Of a DNA stretch of 64,000 nucleotides, positions 12,279 to 24,016 are shown piece after piece. Under the pieces are notes generated by a model. The model saw only the letters and a program-made list of their open reading frames with translations, ran no database searches and was not told the DNA's origin. The stretch spans positions 26,722,001 through 26,786,000 of the forward strand of contig NC_043013.1 in assembly GCF_006345805.1 (NCBI RefSeq), given 5' to 3'. The first letter of the stretch is position 1. Every line of letters starts with the position of its first letter. The DNA comes from Octopus sinensis. Its lineage: Eukaryota. Made by a program: the position numbers and the translations under genes.

Positions 12279-12632
12279 TAGCTTCACATACCACATGACC
12301 ACTTATGCTCACACACATTCCTATACACAAACACAAACACACACACACACACACCCACACACACACAATGAAATTTTCTCTTATTTAGACAATAGTTAAT
12401 GGACATTGATTAATAAACAAACGATTGAGACATTCATTTTCTTTCAGCCTTGAATTCTGAGTCAAAGAAATCAATTACAACCCCATCACCCCTGAGTCCT
12501 ACCCACCAAATATCCCCTGCTATTATTTAAAAGTTTTCACATCTCCTGTGTTGAAATGTTTACAGTGATGGATGCAACAAATTTCCCTTTTTATAGCAAA
12601 TCTTCTCAAAGATATATATATATATGTATATA

Positions 12633-12788
12633 CAGGGTGCGATGGGTAAATTGTCACCATTTTATATTTCTAATTTCACACATGTGCATTGTTTCTTTTT
12701 GATTTTGTTGACTATACAGTATAGCTGGGTCAGTGGTATTTTCATTTTTGTGTAACTTAGATGATGACAGTTTATTCCCTTCATCCTG
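12633..12788. mobile_element. Tc1/mariner-type MITE (156 bp)
   Basis: TA|CAGGGTGCGATGGGTAAATTGTCACC ... GATGACAGTTTATTCCCTTCATCCTG|TA imperfect TIRs with TA flanks. Confidence 0.62.
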
Positions 12789-13021
12789 TATATATATATA
12801 TATACATATATATATAGCGAGGGTATGAGAGGTATTGGTATCAAGGAGACCCAATGAGTAGTAGGTAATGCTAAGGAAGTGCTATGGACAGACCGAGTGA
12901 AGAGTCTAATATGGGTCTTGTATTAGCATGCATATATATATATATATATATATATATTAGACAAAATGAGATAACAAAGCCAACACTGTGGACATTTATA
13001 GGGAAAAAGATATAGATACAG

Positions 13022-13067
13022 TCTTACAGCTGTTTCTGAGATATTATGGATATCCCTTCACCAGAGA
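13022..13067 (-). ncRNA. Hammerhead-like motif, core variant CUGGUGA
   Basis: Minus: UCU-CUGGUGA-A GGGAUAU ccaua AUAUCUC A-GAAA-CAGCUG-UA-AGA; palindromic stem III. Confidence 0.55.
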
Positions 13068-13069
13068 TG

Positions 13070-13410
13070 ATGTGAGATGGTTAAATAGAGATAAATATTT
13101 GAGTTTGAAATAAGGAATTATTATGGAAAAGGAGGAGATAGGGAATATAGAGGGAAATAAGAGAATGAAAGTAGAAATAGAATATAAAATATATAAAGAT
13201 ACTGTAATTGCAGTTTCGTTATTCAAGTAAAGTGGTGTATAGAAGTGGTAAAAAGTTTCCTGTTCATGGTATGTAAGTTCCAATAGTTGTTTATGTTTAG
13301 TCATTTTAAAGTATGGAACAGTGGATTCTGTGTTGTTCATTTGAAAGGGTCTTGTGGTGTGAATGAAGATTTGAGAATGCATTGGTAGTATTTGTGGATA
13401 GATGGGGGGA
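13070..13410 (-). mobile_element. PLE-like 3' end (putative EN C-terminus plus 3' UTR) leading into the HHR
   Basis: Decayed peptide ..KQLLELTYHEQETFYHFYTPLYLN resembles the end of a PLE endonuclease; HHR lies immediately downstream. Confidence 0.4.
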
Positions 13411-14246
13411 TAGATGTATATGATTAAAATGAGGAGATAGATCAAAAGAAAAACAGGAAGAGAAAATGAGAGGAAGAAATAGAGAGAAAAAAGACAGGAA
13501 AAAAGAGAGAGAGAAAAAGGGAAAAGAGTGAAAAAAGTGAAGAAAGGGTGAAAGAAATGAGAAAAGGAGTGTTAGTTGGTGGTTAAAATAATGTGAGGGG
13601 AAGATAGGAGAGAAGTGGGGGAGATGAGAGGTAAGGAGTGAATAAGTGTGAGATATGTGAATAGGGATGATGTGATAGAGCTACATTAAATGATGGGTAG
13701 AGAAAAGGTATGAGTGAGATTTTAGTACTAAAATTTAAAGTGAAGGGAAGAATACAAGCATGTCAAATTTCTATAAATAGACCTATGTAATTGTATAGAT
13801 TAGTGTGATAGGAATCAGAGAGGAGGAAAGAAGGTATAATGACATATGTACGTGTGCACACACATGCATATATATGTGTGCATATGCATACATACATATA
13901 CACACACATATACATATATATACATATGCATATACAAACACATACATATATATACATATATACACATGCATGCTCATGCACATCTGTAAATGTATTCATA
14001 CATGCATATGAGTGTGCATACATACACATACATGCACATGCACATACATATGCACAGGTGCACATACACTTACACACAGTCACATGCAAGCATGCATGCA
14101 GGTACATACGAAAACATATACACATACCCACTCACTCATATATATTTGTATGTGTGAGTATGTATATGTATGTGCATATGTATATTTGTATATACATATG
14201 CACATACATATACATACTCACACACATGCACATATATATATTTTTT

Positions 14247-14350
14247 TCTTTTATTCTTTTACTTGTTTCAGTCATTTGACTGTGGCATGCTGGAGCGCCG
14301 CCTTTTAGTTGCGCAAATCGACTCCAGGATTTATTTTGTAAGCCTAGTAC
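14247..14350 (+). mobile_element. SINE family C (3'-truncated)
   Basis: tttacttgtttcagtcatttgactgtggcatgctggagc. Confidence 0.75.
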
Positions 14351-14384
14351 TTACATATATATATGTATATATATATATATATAT

Positions 14385-14416
<32 letters not shown>

Positions 14417-14419
14417 GTA

Positions 14420-14460
<41 letters not shown>

Positions 14461-14464
<4 letters not shown>

Positions 14465-14758
14465 ATTCGAGACAAAACCACTATTTTGCAAAACAAACAA
14501 GGAAAGACTTAATCAATACATAAAAATGTTTAATATAAAGAAATAAACTGCCACTACAATCGTTTCATGTCTTCAATGACATTCGTCAGGTGGATTTTCG
14601 ATCTCCTTCTGTTTTTAATTAAATTAAACAGATTTCATGTCATTGAAGACATGAAACGATTGTAGTGGCTGTTTATTTCTTTATATTAAAATTTTTATGT
14701 ATTGATTAAGTCTTTCCTTGTTTGTTTTGCAAAATAGTGGTTTTGTCTCAAATTATAT
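14461..14758. repeat. Fold-back mini-element (~120-bp inverted arms, ~55-bp spacer)
   Basis: 14461-14580 is the reverse complement of 14636-14758 with a few substitutions. Confidence 0.88.
14551..14593 (-). ncRNA. Minimal type I hammerhead ribozyme
   Basis: Minus: CCAC-CUGACGA-AUGUC auugaa GACAU-GAAA-CGAUUG-UA-GUGG; perfect stems I and II, near-palindromic stem III, GUA. Confidence 0.85.
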
Positions 14759-15269
14759 TATATAATATTTTACTATAAAATTGGATTTAATCCTAAATCA
14801 GATTTTTCCCTGTAAATTTAGATTTATTCCCTAATATTTATTATATATATATATATATATATATACGACAGGATTCTTTCAGTTTCTGTCAACCAAATCC
14901 ACTCACAAGGCTTTGGTTGGCCCGAGGCTATGTATAAGCATATGCATGTACATATACATACACACACACATGCATATATATATATATATATATATATATA
15001 CATTATGTATATATACCTACATACATATAATTACATAAATATACATGCACACACATGTATCTGCTTGCATGTCCACATGTGTAGCATTAAATGATTGAGA
15101 TCCTTAAAGTTAGATAGGGGAGTTAAAAAATAAAGATTAAAAAGTAAAATTGAGATAAAGGAAACTTAAGAAGGGTTGTTGGGGATTACCTAAGGAGTGT
15201 TGTGGATATATGCTGTGTGGTTATTTAAGTTGCATTTAGATTTGTGGTAAAATTTGAAGGTATGAAAAA

Positions 15270-15883
15270 AGCAGTGGTTGCATGTACTTAGAGCCTCATT
15301 TTACATATTTGATAGTGTTGAAGAGTTGTGTTTTAATATGTGGAATGCCTCTTTTAGGCATAACTTACAGGCTAAACATTGACCTTGGTATGGAAGCCCT
15401 GAATCTATTATGAACTATGACAAAATGTAGGGTATATTTCTATTTTGGGATGATGTATGTGACTGGTGAGTGTGGTGGCTTTACTGTTTCTCATATCTAA
15501 AAGATAATGCGTTTTTCCACAGCAAAATGTATGTCTATAGATGGGTAGAATGAAATTACTTCCATACTACCCACTACACAACCTGTGAGGTCGCTGGAGT
15601 GGTTGTGACTGCTGATTCTACTGAGGAGACCCTCTGTGCTCACACAGACATCAGGGGACATTTCAGTGGGTGGTCATAACACCAGTGAGAGGAAGTAGGA
15701 TAGCTTGTAATTGTTGGAGATATTCACTCCACAAACTGGCCAGGCTGGGAGCCTCATAACAGGGTTTATATAGGGTTTATGGTCCTTACGTAATCCATAT
15801 AGTGCAGGAACATATTTGTTGAATGGTTGGGAATTTTGCGCAGTCTGTTTCTTGGGTTGGAGTATGTTGCACCACATTCCCAT
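15270..15883 (-). pseudogene. Internally deleted Penelope-like element (RT N-terminus joined to GIY-YIG C-terminus)
   Basis: PALYGLRKDHKP..PVCG..YKLSYFLS; STEGLLSRI..VGSMEVISFYPSIDIHFAVEK; then ATTLTSHIH..EAFHILK..NEALSTCNHCFF. Confidence 0.72.
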
Positions 15884-16033
15884 GTGTACATTGAGAAGTT
15901 TTTCTACCCTTTCATGTTCATGTGAATGTGTTAATTAATAAGGCATTAAAACAAAATGACTCTCCCCAGACACAATAAAATATGCTTCAACACCCGAATT
16001 CACATAAGAAATCTTGCAAACCAAATACAAAAG

Positions 16034-16068
<35 letters not shown>

Positions 16069-16324
16069 TGCATGTATGTATGGTATGTATGTATGTATGT
16101 ATATGTGTGCGTGTATGTGTGTCTGTGTGTAGTATATATATATATATATTATTTGTTATCTTCTATATCTTACTTGCTTCAGTCATTCGATTGCAGCCAT
16201 GCTGGAGCAAAACCTTGAAGTGTTTTCAGCTGAACAAATTGTCTCCAGAAATTTTTCTCTTGCCTCTCTTTTACTGAACCACTAATCTATGGCTTCGCTA
16301 ATATACATATACATATACATATAC

Positions 16325-16356
<32 letters not shown>

Positions 16357-16611
16357 GTACATATATATAACTATCAATTTATATGTATATATATATATAT
16401 ACATATATATACAAATATCTATCTATTTATATATATATATATGTATGTATATATATACACACATACACTCACACATATATACACACATATTTATAATTAT
16501 GAATCAATATCTATCATTCACTCTATTAGTTTATATTTATTTCTATCACCATCTACCTACCTATCTATCCATCTGTATATACTAATCCACACTAAATCCA
16601 TCTGTTTAAAG

Positions 16612-16665
16612 AAAGGGCTACATATTGCATTAATAAACATACAAATGAAGATGAAATAAATTTTG
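16612..16665 (+). CDS. Candidate internal exon of unidentified host gene
   Basis: ACTAAT branch-like site, TTTAAAG acceptor, G|GTAAGA donor; only one open frame (RATYCINKHTNEDEINF). Confidence 0.25.
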
Positions 16666-16797
16666 GTAAGAAAATGATTAAAAAAAAAGACCTCATCTCC
16701 ATGGCAACAGCACTCTACTTTCACCTGATTAGTGACTTTTAATTCAACTAGTGTTTTTGTTTGTTTACATAGTTCTTATTTTTGTTTCTCTGTTGCT

Positions 16798-16828
<31 letters not shown>

Positions 16829-17154
16829 TGCTGCTATTGTTGTTGTTGTTGTTGTTGTTGCTGCTGCTGCTGCTGGCTGTTTTTATTTATTTATTTCAAT
16901 TTTATTTTATTTTCTAATCAATTGACTTGTTTTGTATGTTTCTGCTATTCTCACTTCTTGGTTTCTTAGTGTGTGTGTGTGTATGTATGTGTGTGTGTTT
17001 GTTGATGTGTGTGTGTATGCAGGTGCTTGAGTGTATGCATGCAGTTGTGTTAATGTATATATGTGTTTTGGTGTGTGTGTGTGTATTTGTGCGTTTGTGT
17101 GATTGCATGTATGTATGTATGGTACACAACACACATATATATATTTATATATAT

Positions 17155-17204
<50 letters not shown>

Positions 17205-17631
17205 GTATGTATATATGTATATATATATGTATATATATATATATATTATATATTTTATATATTATATATATATTGTGTATGCTGTGTATGTGTCTTGTGT
17301 TAATGTGTATACATTATCTATGTGTATAAGCATGTGTGTTTATGTACCTGTATATTTGTGATTATGTATATTTATACATGTGTTAAAGTGTATATACTGT
17401 ATACATGTGTGTATGTGTGTGTATTACTCTTTCTGTATGCTTCTGTTTTTGTGTTTACACATTTATTGTTGCAGATTTTTGAGTGCATTTATGTGTGTGT
17501 GTATGTATGTATGTGTGTGTATGTGTGTTTCTGTGTGTTTTTACATGTGTCAGTTTGAATGTAATTTGTATTTGTGCATGTTTGCATACATGTCTGTGCA
17601 TCTGTGTGTTTGTGTATATGACTACACATTA

Positions 17632-17665
<34 letters not shown>

Positions 17666-17871
17666 TTCACTGAGTGTTCCAGTTAAGTGTCTGTTGAAAT
17701 TCAATTAAATTTCCAATTCATACCTTTTATGTAATTATCTATCTCTATATATATCATATGTTGGCACTGAACGCTGCTGTAAACTTAAAGGGGCAACGGC
17801 TATGATACAGGTTCAATTAACAACTGTAACACTTCATTTCATGTATTTCCCATATGTATGTAAGCACGTTA

Positions 17872-17921
<50 letters not shown>

Positions 17922-18154
17922 GTGTATGCATGAATGTATGTAAGGTGGTACTCCAGCATGGCCACAGTCATGACTGAAACAAGTAAATGAATAAAAGAAT
18001 AAAAGAATGTTTGCATGTATGTTGGTAGGTAGGTATGTGTGTCTCTATATATCCATGTCGCTATCTGTGTGTGTGAGTGTGTAGTTCTCTCTATATGCAC
18101 ACACACACCTTTATATGTGTGTGTATGTATGTATTTATATGTATATATAAATGT

Positions 18155-18325
18155 TGGCGCAGAAGTAATTGTGTGGTAAGAAGTTCACTTCCCAAGCACA
18201 TGATCCTGTGTTCAGTCCTATTGCATGGCACGTGGGCAAGTTTCTCCAATATAGCCCTGGGTTGACTAAAGCTTGTTAAATGGATTATGGATTTAGTTGA
18301 TGGAATTGAAAGAAAGTCCATTATG
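18155..18325 (+). mobile_element. SINE family A
   Basis: ggcgcagaagtaattgtgtggtaagaag..ttcagtcc..gggcaag. Confidence 0.7.
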
Positions 18326-18331
18326 TGTGTA

Positions 18332-18362
<31 letters not shown>

Positions 18363-18378
18363 CATACACACATAATGG

Positions 18379-18432
<54 letters not shown>

Positions 18433-18569
18433 TTTTATTCTTTTACTCATTTCAGCCATGCAACTGCGGTCATGCTAGAGCATTGTAGTTCACTTGCAGC
18501 ATTGTAATATTGGAGAATGTAAAAAGAGAAAATAGAAAGCTTCTGACAATGCGGACAGTTTAATAAAAC

Positions 18570-18605
18570 CTTTATATTTCAGGTGCAAAAGCCCATCTTC
18601 AGAAG
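18570..18605 (-). ncRNA. Minimal type I hammerhead ribozyme
   Basis: Minus: CUU-CUGAAGA-U GGGC uuuu GCACC U-GAAA-UA-UA-AAG; palindromic AUAU stem III, AUA triplet, bulged stem II. Confidence 0.62.
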
Positions 18606-18751
18606 CGAAGTCTAAGAAAAAGTCCACTTATGTAGGTTCTGTCCACTTATGTAGGTTCTGTTAACCCATTCAAATTTTCTTATTTTACAATCTTCAATAT
18701 CACAATGCTTCAAGTGAACTACAATGCTTTCATATATACATATATATAGAT

Positions 18752-18800
<49 letters not shown>

Positions 18801-18827
18801 GGGTTGGAGATGATGTACAAGTATTAT

Positions 18828-19063
18828 ATTAGAAGAAATAAGGGACTCAGAAATCTGGATGGTTTTAAATTTACAGACTTTTATTAATATGTCACATGTT
18901 TTAATAAATCACTATCTTAGTGCTTGCATCCACTCTAGGGCGATACTTCAGAGTCTGAAGAATCCACTAGCACTAATATATAATTTATAAAGCATGTGAC
19001 ATATTAATAAAAGTCTGTAACTATAAAAACCATCCATATTTCTGAGATCTTATTTCTTCTAAT
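18828..19063. repeat. Inverted repeat (~70-bp arms, ~95-bp spacer) flanked by (TA)n
   Basis: 18828-18898 is the reverse complement of 18993-19063. Confidence 0.85.
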
Positions 19064-19104
19064 ATATATAATATATATATCTTCGACCACACACACACAC
19101 CCAC

Positions 19105-19136
<32 letters not shown>

Positions 19137-19180
19137 ATATATATTATATATATATCTTCTAACATATATATATATTATAA

Positions 19181-19471
19181 TACAAAATGGGACAAGAATG
19201 CAAAACATCCAGACAACTAGGTGATACAAAAGGAGACAACAAAACATCCGGATAGACGTTACAAAAACCAACGAGCGGCCATTCAAAGCTTTCTATCCTC
19301 AGTCAAGAACTGGATGATCCTCGCAATTTTGGCTGATTAATCTTGAGGATCCAGTTCTTGACTGAGGATAGAAAGCTTCGAATGACCCGTCCTTGTTTTT
19401 TGTATCGTCTGTCTGGATGTTCCTTTTGTATCACCTAGTTGTTCGGATGTTTTACGTTCTTGTCCATTTTG

Positions 19472-19473
<2 letters not shown>
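19181..19473. repeat. Fold-back of the 2881 repeat family (~130-bp arms, ~33-bp spacer)
   Basis: 19181-19315 vs 19349-19473; inner arms aaagctttctatcctcagtcaagaactggat / atccagttcttgactgaggatagaaagctt. Confidence 0.85.
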
Positions 19474-19510
<37 letters not shown>

Positions 19511-19533
19511 GGCGTATGTACACTTTGTTCTCC

Positions 19534-19572
<39 letters not shown>

Positions 19573-19989
19573 CAATTCATAAATAAGGGCAAACAAAAAA
19601 ATTTCTAATGCCAAATATGGTGAAAAATTGGACATATTGTCCATTAACCATATAATTCTTTCACAATACGCACGCTACTCAAGAAAAATACCTCTAAAGG
19701 TATTTTTTAATATGCTGGCCATTGATAAAATTTTTGGGGAAAAGAACTTTTTTCGAAAAAATTTTATCCTATATTAGATATATATATGTATTTATATATA
19801 TATATAAATCAAAGGTAGGATGAAAAGAATATAACAAACAGAACTGAACAAAACACAACAGGCAGAAAAATAAATGATGACACAATCTAAGTGATAACAT
19901 TGATGATAACATAACAAATGGCAAATAGGCCAGAAGCAAGATACACAGACCATTCACAGCAGATTTCCTCACCAGTTGGGTTCTGGAAA

Positions 19990-20330
19990 GCCATTATAGT
20001 TTCACACCTCTTTAGTACCAAGACTATATAGGCAGTACTATAAATTCACTTTTGAAGGAAAAATATTGCAACTCTACTACAGTTGCCTCTTATATACATG
20101 GTTTAAAGAGGAATAATAAAAGTTATTCTCTTGAATGGTCTGTTATATCGAAGGCCCTTTATTTCAGAGTTAATATTAACAAATGTAAGTTATGTGTAAA
20201 GGAATCCCTTGCCATCCTTAAGTTTTTGGGGCCTAAAACTTTAAATAAATTTACTGAGGGGATCCCTTTTTGCAACCATAAGTTTTCTTTTCTGAAAGTG
20301 TATAGAAGTAAAATTAAATGTGGTAAATAA
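19990..20330 (+). pseudogene. Penelope-like GIY-YIG endonuclease fragment
   Basis: DYIGST at 20022-20039; KYCNSTTVASYIHGLK..YSLEWSVISKA..CKLCVKESLAIL..TLNKFTEGIPFCNHK. Confidence 0.78.
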
Positions 20331-20521
20331 TATTTAGTTTTATGGGGTTTTGAAACCAGAGAGTTAAAATTTCTATAAACAACAGCCACCTCCATGTTTA
20401 GCAATGAAATTTTTTTTTTAAGTGTGTTAGAAAGTTTGGACTGGTCCTGTGATAGGTTATTATCTTTAAATTAGCCATGCAGCATTGAACGAACTTTTTG
20501 ATTTTGTTTGTGTTTCCTGTT

Positions 20522-20604
20522 CATCCTGATGAGGGGATCATTGCCGAGATGCACTATAACTGTAGTTGAACCATGGCAATGAACTCCTGAAATGGCCATA
20601 GGTG
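20522..20604 (+). ncRNA. Type I hammerhead ribozyme in PLE 3' region
   Basis: CAUC-CUGAUGA-ggggaucauugcc(loop)ggcaaugaacuccu-GAAA-UGGCCA-UA-GGUG; palindromic stem III, AUA triplet, long imperfect stem II. Confidence 0.72.
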
Positions 20605-21299
20605 TGTTTGAATTGATTTTGTGGAACTCTTTTTGATCCTGGACTTTAACCTACCATGGTTTTATGAATTGAACTTTTTGGACGTACTCTTTTGTGTGAG
20701 GGGAGTAAAAAAATATTTTAAATGTTTTTAGTTGATTGATATTTTATTTTAGTTTAGTTTATTTAGATTTTTAATAGCATGACACGCTTTAGAATTTTTA
20801 GTTGATTGTATTTACCTTTTTGATAGACCATTCTACATATTTATATTTTTATTCGCATATATATTTTTACCTTCTGTGTTTTATGTATATGTATATTTTT
20901 ATATGTTTAAGAACCATGGTAATACTTGTATATGATCAAATGATTGGAGGTATGGTGTTATATACAAAATCGTTGACTCAAATTTGATGTTTGTTCTATG
21001 ATCAATGTTTCTTTATCTCTGTCTCAATTACATTTGCTGTTGATGGTGATGATGCTGTTGATGGTGATGATGCTGTTGATGCTGCTGCTACTGCTGTTGA
21101 CAGCAACAAGAATGATGACGGTGATGGTGGTGTTGACATTAAATCTGAAAAGCAAGAACTCAAATGCTGATGTATGTTGAATTTTGATGTGATTGATTCT
21201 ATGAAAGTGTTAATCAAAGGAGATAATGTAAAGAAATGGAGTTGTTGTTGAAACTAACTCTATCAATACCAATCACATTACTTCACACATTATGCTGTT

Positions 21300-21840
21300 G
21301 TGTCACATCGTGCAATGTCATGTCGAACAACAGATGTTGTGCCACACAGTGCATTGTCATGTTGTGCAGTATATTTGTTGTGTCATAGACCGTTGTTGTG
21401 TCATACAAAATTATTTGTAGCAACACATGTCACAACAGTATATTTCTGGGTCACAATAGTTCATTGCTATATCACAACAGTATGTTACTGTGTCACCATA
21501 CTATCCTACTATGTCACAACAGTATGTTATTGTGATACAACAGCATACAACTCCATCATAACAATATGTTGCTATGTCATAGCAGCATGTTACTGTCACA
21601 ACAGTATATTATTGTGTCACAACAGAATGTTGCTATGTCACAACAGTATGTTACTTTGTCACAACAGTATGTTGCTGCGTCACCACAATATATTGCTGTG
21701 TCACAACAGTATGTTACTGCGCCACAACAGTTTGTTACTGTATCATAGCGATATGTTGTCTCACAACAGGATGCTGCTGTATCACAACAGCGTGTTGCTG
21801 GGACACAACAGTATGTTACTGTGCCACACAGATGTGACGG
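21300..21840. repeat. Degenerate ~21-bp minisatellite (tgtcacaacagtatgttactg)
   Basis: Recurrent gtcacaacagtatgtt units; accounts for ORF 21300-21959. Confidence 0.8.
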
Positions 21841-21859
21841 ATGTTTGTCTTATCCTATT

Positions 21860-22105
21860 CCAATCCACTAATCTTATTTTTTATTGCCCACAAGGGGCTA
21901 AACATAGAGGTGACAAACAAGGACAGACAAAGGGATTAAGTCGATTACATCGACCCTAGTGTGTAACTGGTACTTAATTTATTGACCCTGAAAGGATGAA
22001 GGGCAAAGTCGACCACGGCAGAATTTCAACTCAGAACGTAAAGACAGACGAAATACTGCTTGGCATTTTGCTCAGCGTGCTGTTTCTGCCAGCTTGCTAC
22101 CTTTT
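21860..22105 (-). mobile_element. SINE family B
   Basis: Reverse complement of 45700-45935. Confidence 0.8.
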
Positions 22106-22283
22106 GACCTCCTTAACACATGACATACACACACATATATACTTATATATCCACATACGCACCCACAATCCATACATCAACAGATAAATCAAGTAGAGTT
22201 TGATATGAGCATTAGTCCCTACATACACGCATACATTGAAAACACGCACACACACACACACATATATATATGTATTTGATGAG

Positions 22284-22440
22284 CTTCTTTCAGTTTCTAT
22301 CTACCAAATTGTCTCACAAGGCTTTGGTCGGCTCGAGGCTATAGTTGAAGATACTTGCCCAAGGTGCCACGCAGTGAGACTGAACCCGGACCCTGTGGAT
22401 GGGAAGCAAGCTTTACACGCAGCCACTCCAGCGCCTATAT
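22284..22440 (-). mobile_element. SINE family A
   Basis: Reverse of family A consensus; faces the + copy at 22570-22712. Confidence 0.8.
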
Positions 22441-22445
22441 AATAC

Positions 22446-22533
<88 letters not shown>

Positions 22534-22569
22534 CATATATATATTATATATAGCCATCTATGCCTATAT

Positions 22570-22712
22570 ATATATATATATATATATATAGGCATGGATC
22601 TGGTTCAGTCCCACTGCGTGGCATCTTGGGCAAGTGTCTTTCTACTATAGCCATGGGCCAGCCAAAGCCTTGTGAGTGGACTTGGTAGACGGAAACTGAA
22701 AGAAGCCCGTCA
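22570..22712 (+). mobile_element. SINE family A (head split by TA repeat)
   Basis: ggttcagtcccactgcgtggcatcttgggcaagtgtc..gacggaaactgaaagaagcccgtc. Confidence 0.8.
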
Positions 22713-22759
22713 TATATATATGTGTACATATGTATGTATGCATGTGTGTGTGGTGTGTG

Positions 22760-22975
22760 TGTGTGTATTTGTGTGTCTGTGTTTGTCCCCCCAACATCGC
22801 TTGACAACCGATGCTGGTGTGTTTATGCCCCTGTAACTTAGCGGTTCGGCAAAAGAGACCAATAGAATAAGTACTAGGCTTACAAAGAGTATGTCCTGGG
22901 ACTGATTTACTCGACTAAAGCAGTGCTCCAGCATGGCCACAGTCAAATAACTGAAACAAGTAAAACAGTAAAGAG
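22760..22975 (-). mobile_element. SINE family C, near full length
   Basis: Reverse of family C motif set. Confidence 0.8.
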
Positions 22976-23094
22976 TATATATATATATGTGTGTATATAT
23001 ATATGTGTGTGTATATATATATATATTAATATATATATATATATACACATACATATATATATGTATATATAAAATATAATAATAATAATAATGA

Positions 23095-23350
23095 AATTAT
23101 TGTATACAGTGCTCAGGTGCACCACAACTGTCAGAAAGTGCATATAAAGTACATGCAGTAATGTAGAAAATGTCTGGAAGGAAAGCGAACAATGTATGAG
23201 TCAGATACATGCTTGTGGTGTGTACGGAGGTGTGAGAAAATCAAGTGTAGTGTTGGCGAATCTCAGGAAGCATGGAAGTTTTGAAGGATGCAGTGCTCCG
23301 ATAACTAACAACCGATGCCGGCAGTTTGTTCCATGCTTCAGTAACTCTCA
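23095..23350 (-). mobile_element. CR1/L2-type LINE 3' end
   Basis: FMLRVTEAWNKLPASVVSYRSTASFKTSML resembles the CR1-clade ORF2 terminus (RVVN.WN.LP..VV.A.S..SFK). Confidence 0.7.
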
Positions 23351-23386
23351 GCATGAAATATAATATCATATATATATATGTATATG

Positions 23387-23418
<32 letters not shown>

Positions 23419-23458
23419 ATATATGTCAATTGTCATCTTCGAACCCAAGGACAAACAT

Positions 23459-23521
<63 letters not shown>

Positions 23522-23562
23522 TATACATATATATATACATATATTATATATACATACATATA

Positions 23563-23595
<33 letters not shown>

Positions 23596-23649
23596 GTATA
23601 ATATATAATACATATATATATATGCATATATATATATATTATATATATC

Positions 23650-23790
23650 ATCATCATCATCATCGTCGTTTAGCGTCCGTTTTCCATGCTAGCATGGGTT
23701 GGACGGTTCTACTGGGGTCTGTGAAGCCAGAAGGCTTCATCAGGCCCAGTCAAATCTGGCAGTGTTTCTACGGCTGGATGCCCCTCCTAT
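23650..23790 (+). mobile_element. SINE family D fragment
   Basis: catcatcgtttagcgtccgttttccatgctagcatgggttggacgg; copies at 25865, 39810, 48865, 50410, 63005. Confidence 0.75.
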
Positions 23791-23879
23791 ACATATATAT
23801 ATATATATAATATATATATATATGTATGTATATATTATAATATATATTGTATGTATATATATATATAATATAATGTATA

Positions 23880-23947
<68 letters not shown>

Positions 23948-24016
23948 TATATATATAATATTCTCTCTCTTCTCCATCTGTCTTGATAGACAATGGGTTT
24001 CCACCAAGGGTGGGGC

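Noticed and set aside
19675-19770. Two adjacent A/T hairpins (aaaaatacc/ggtattttt; gataaaattttt/aaaaattttatc)
   Set aside because: Low-complexity stems with no convincing ribozyme core.
21300-21840. CRISPR-like periodicity (also 50080-50400, 59911-60534)
   Set aside because: Eukaryotic context, no unique spacers, no cas genes; these are minisatellites.
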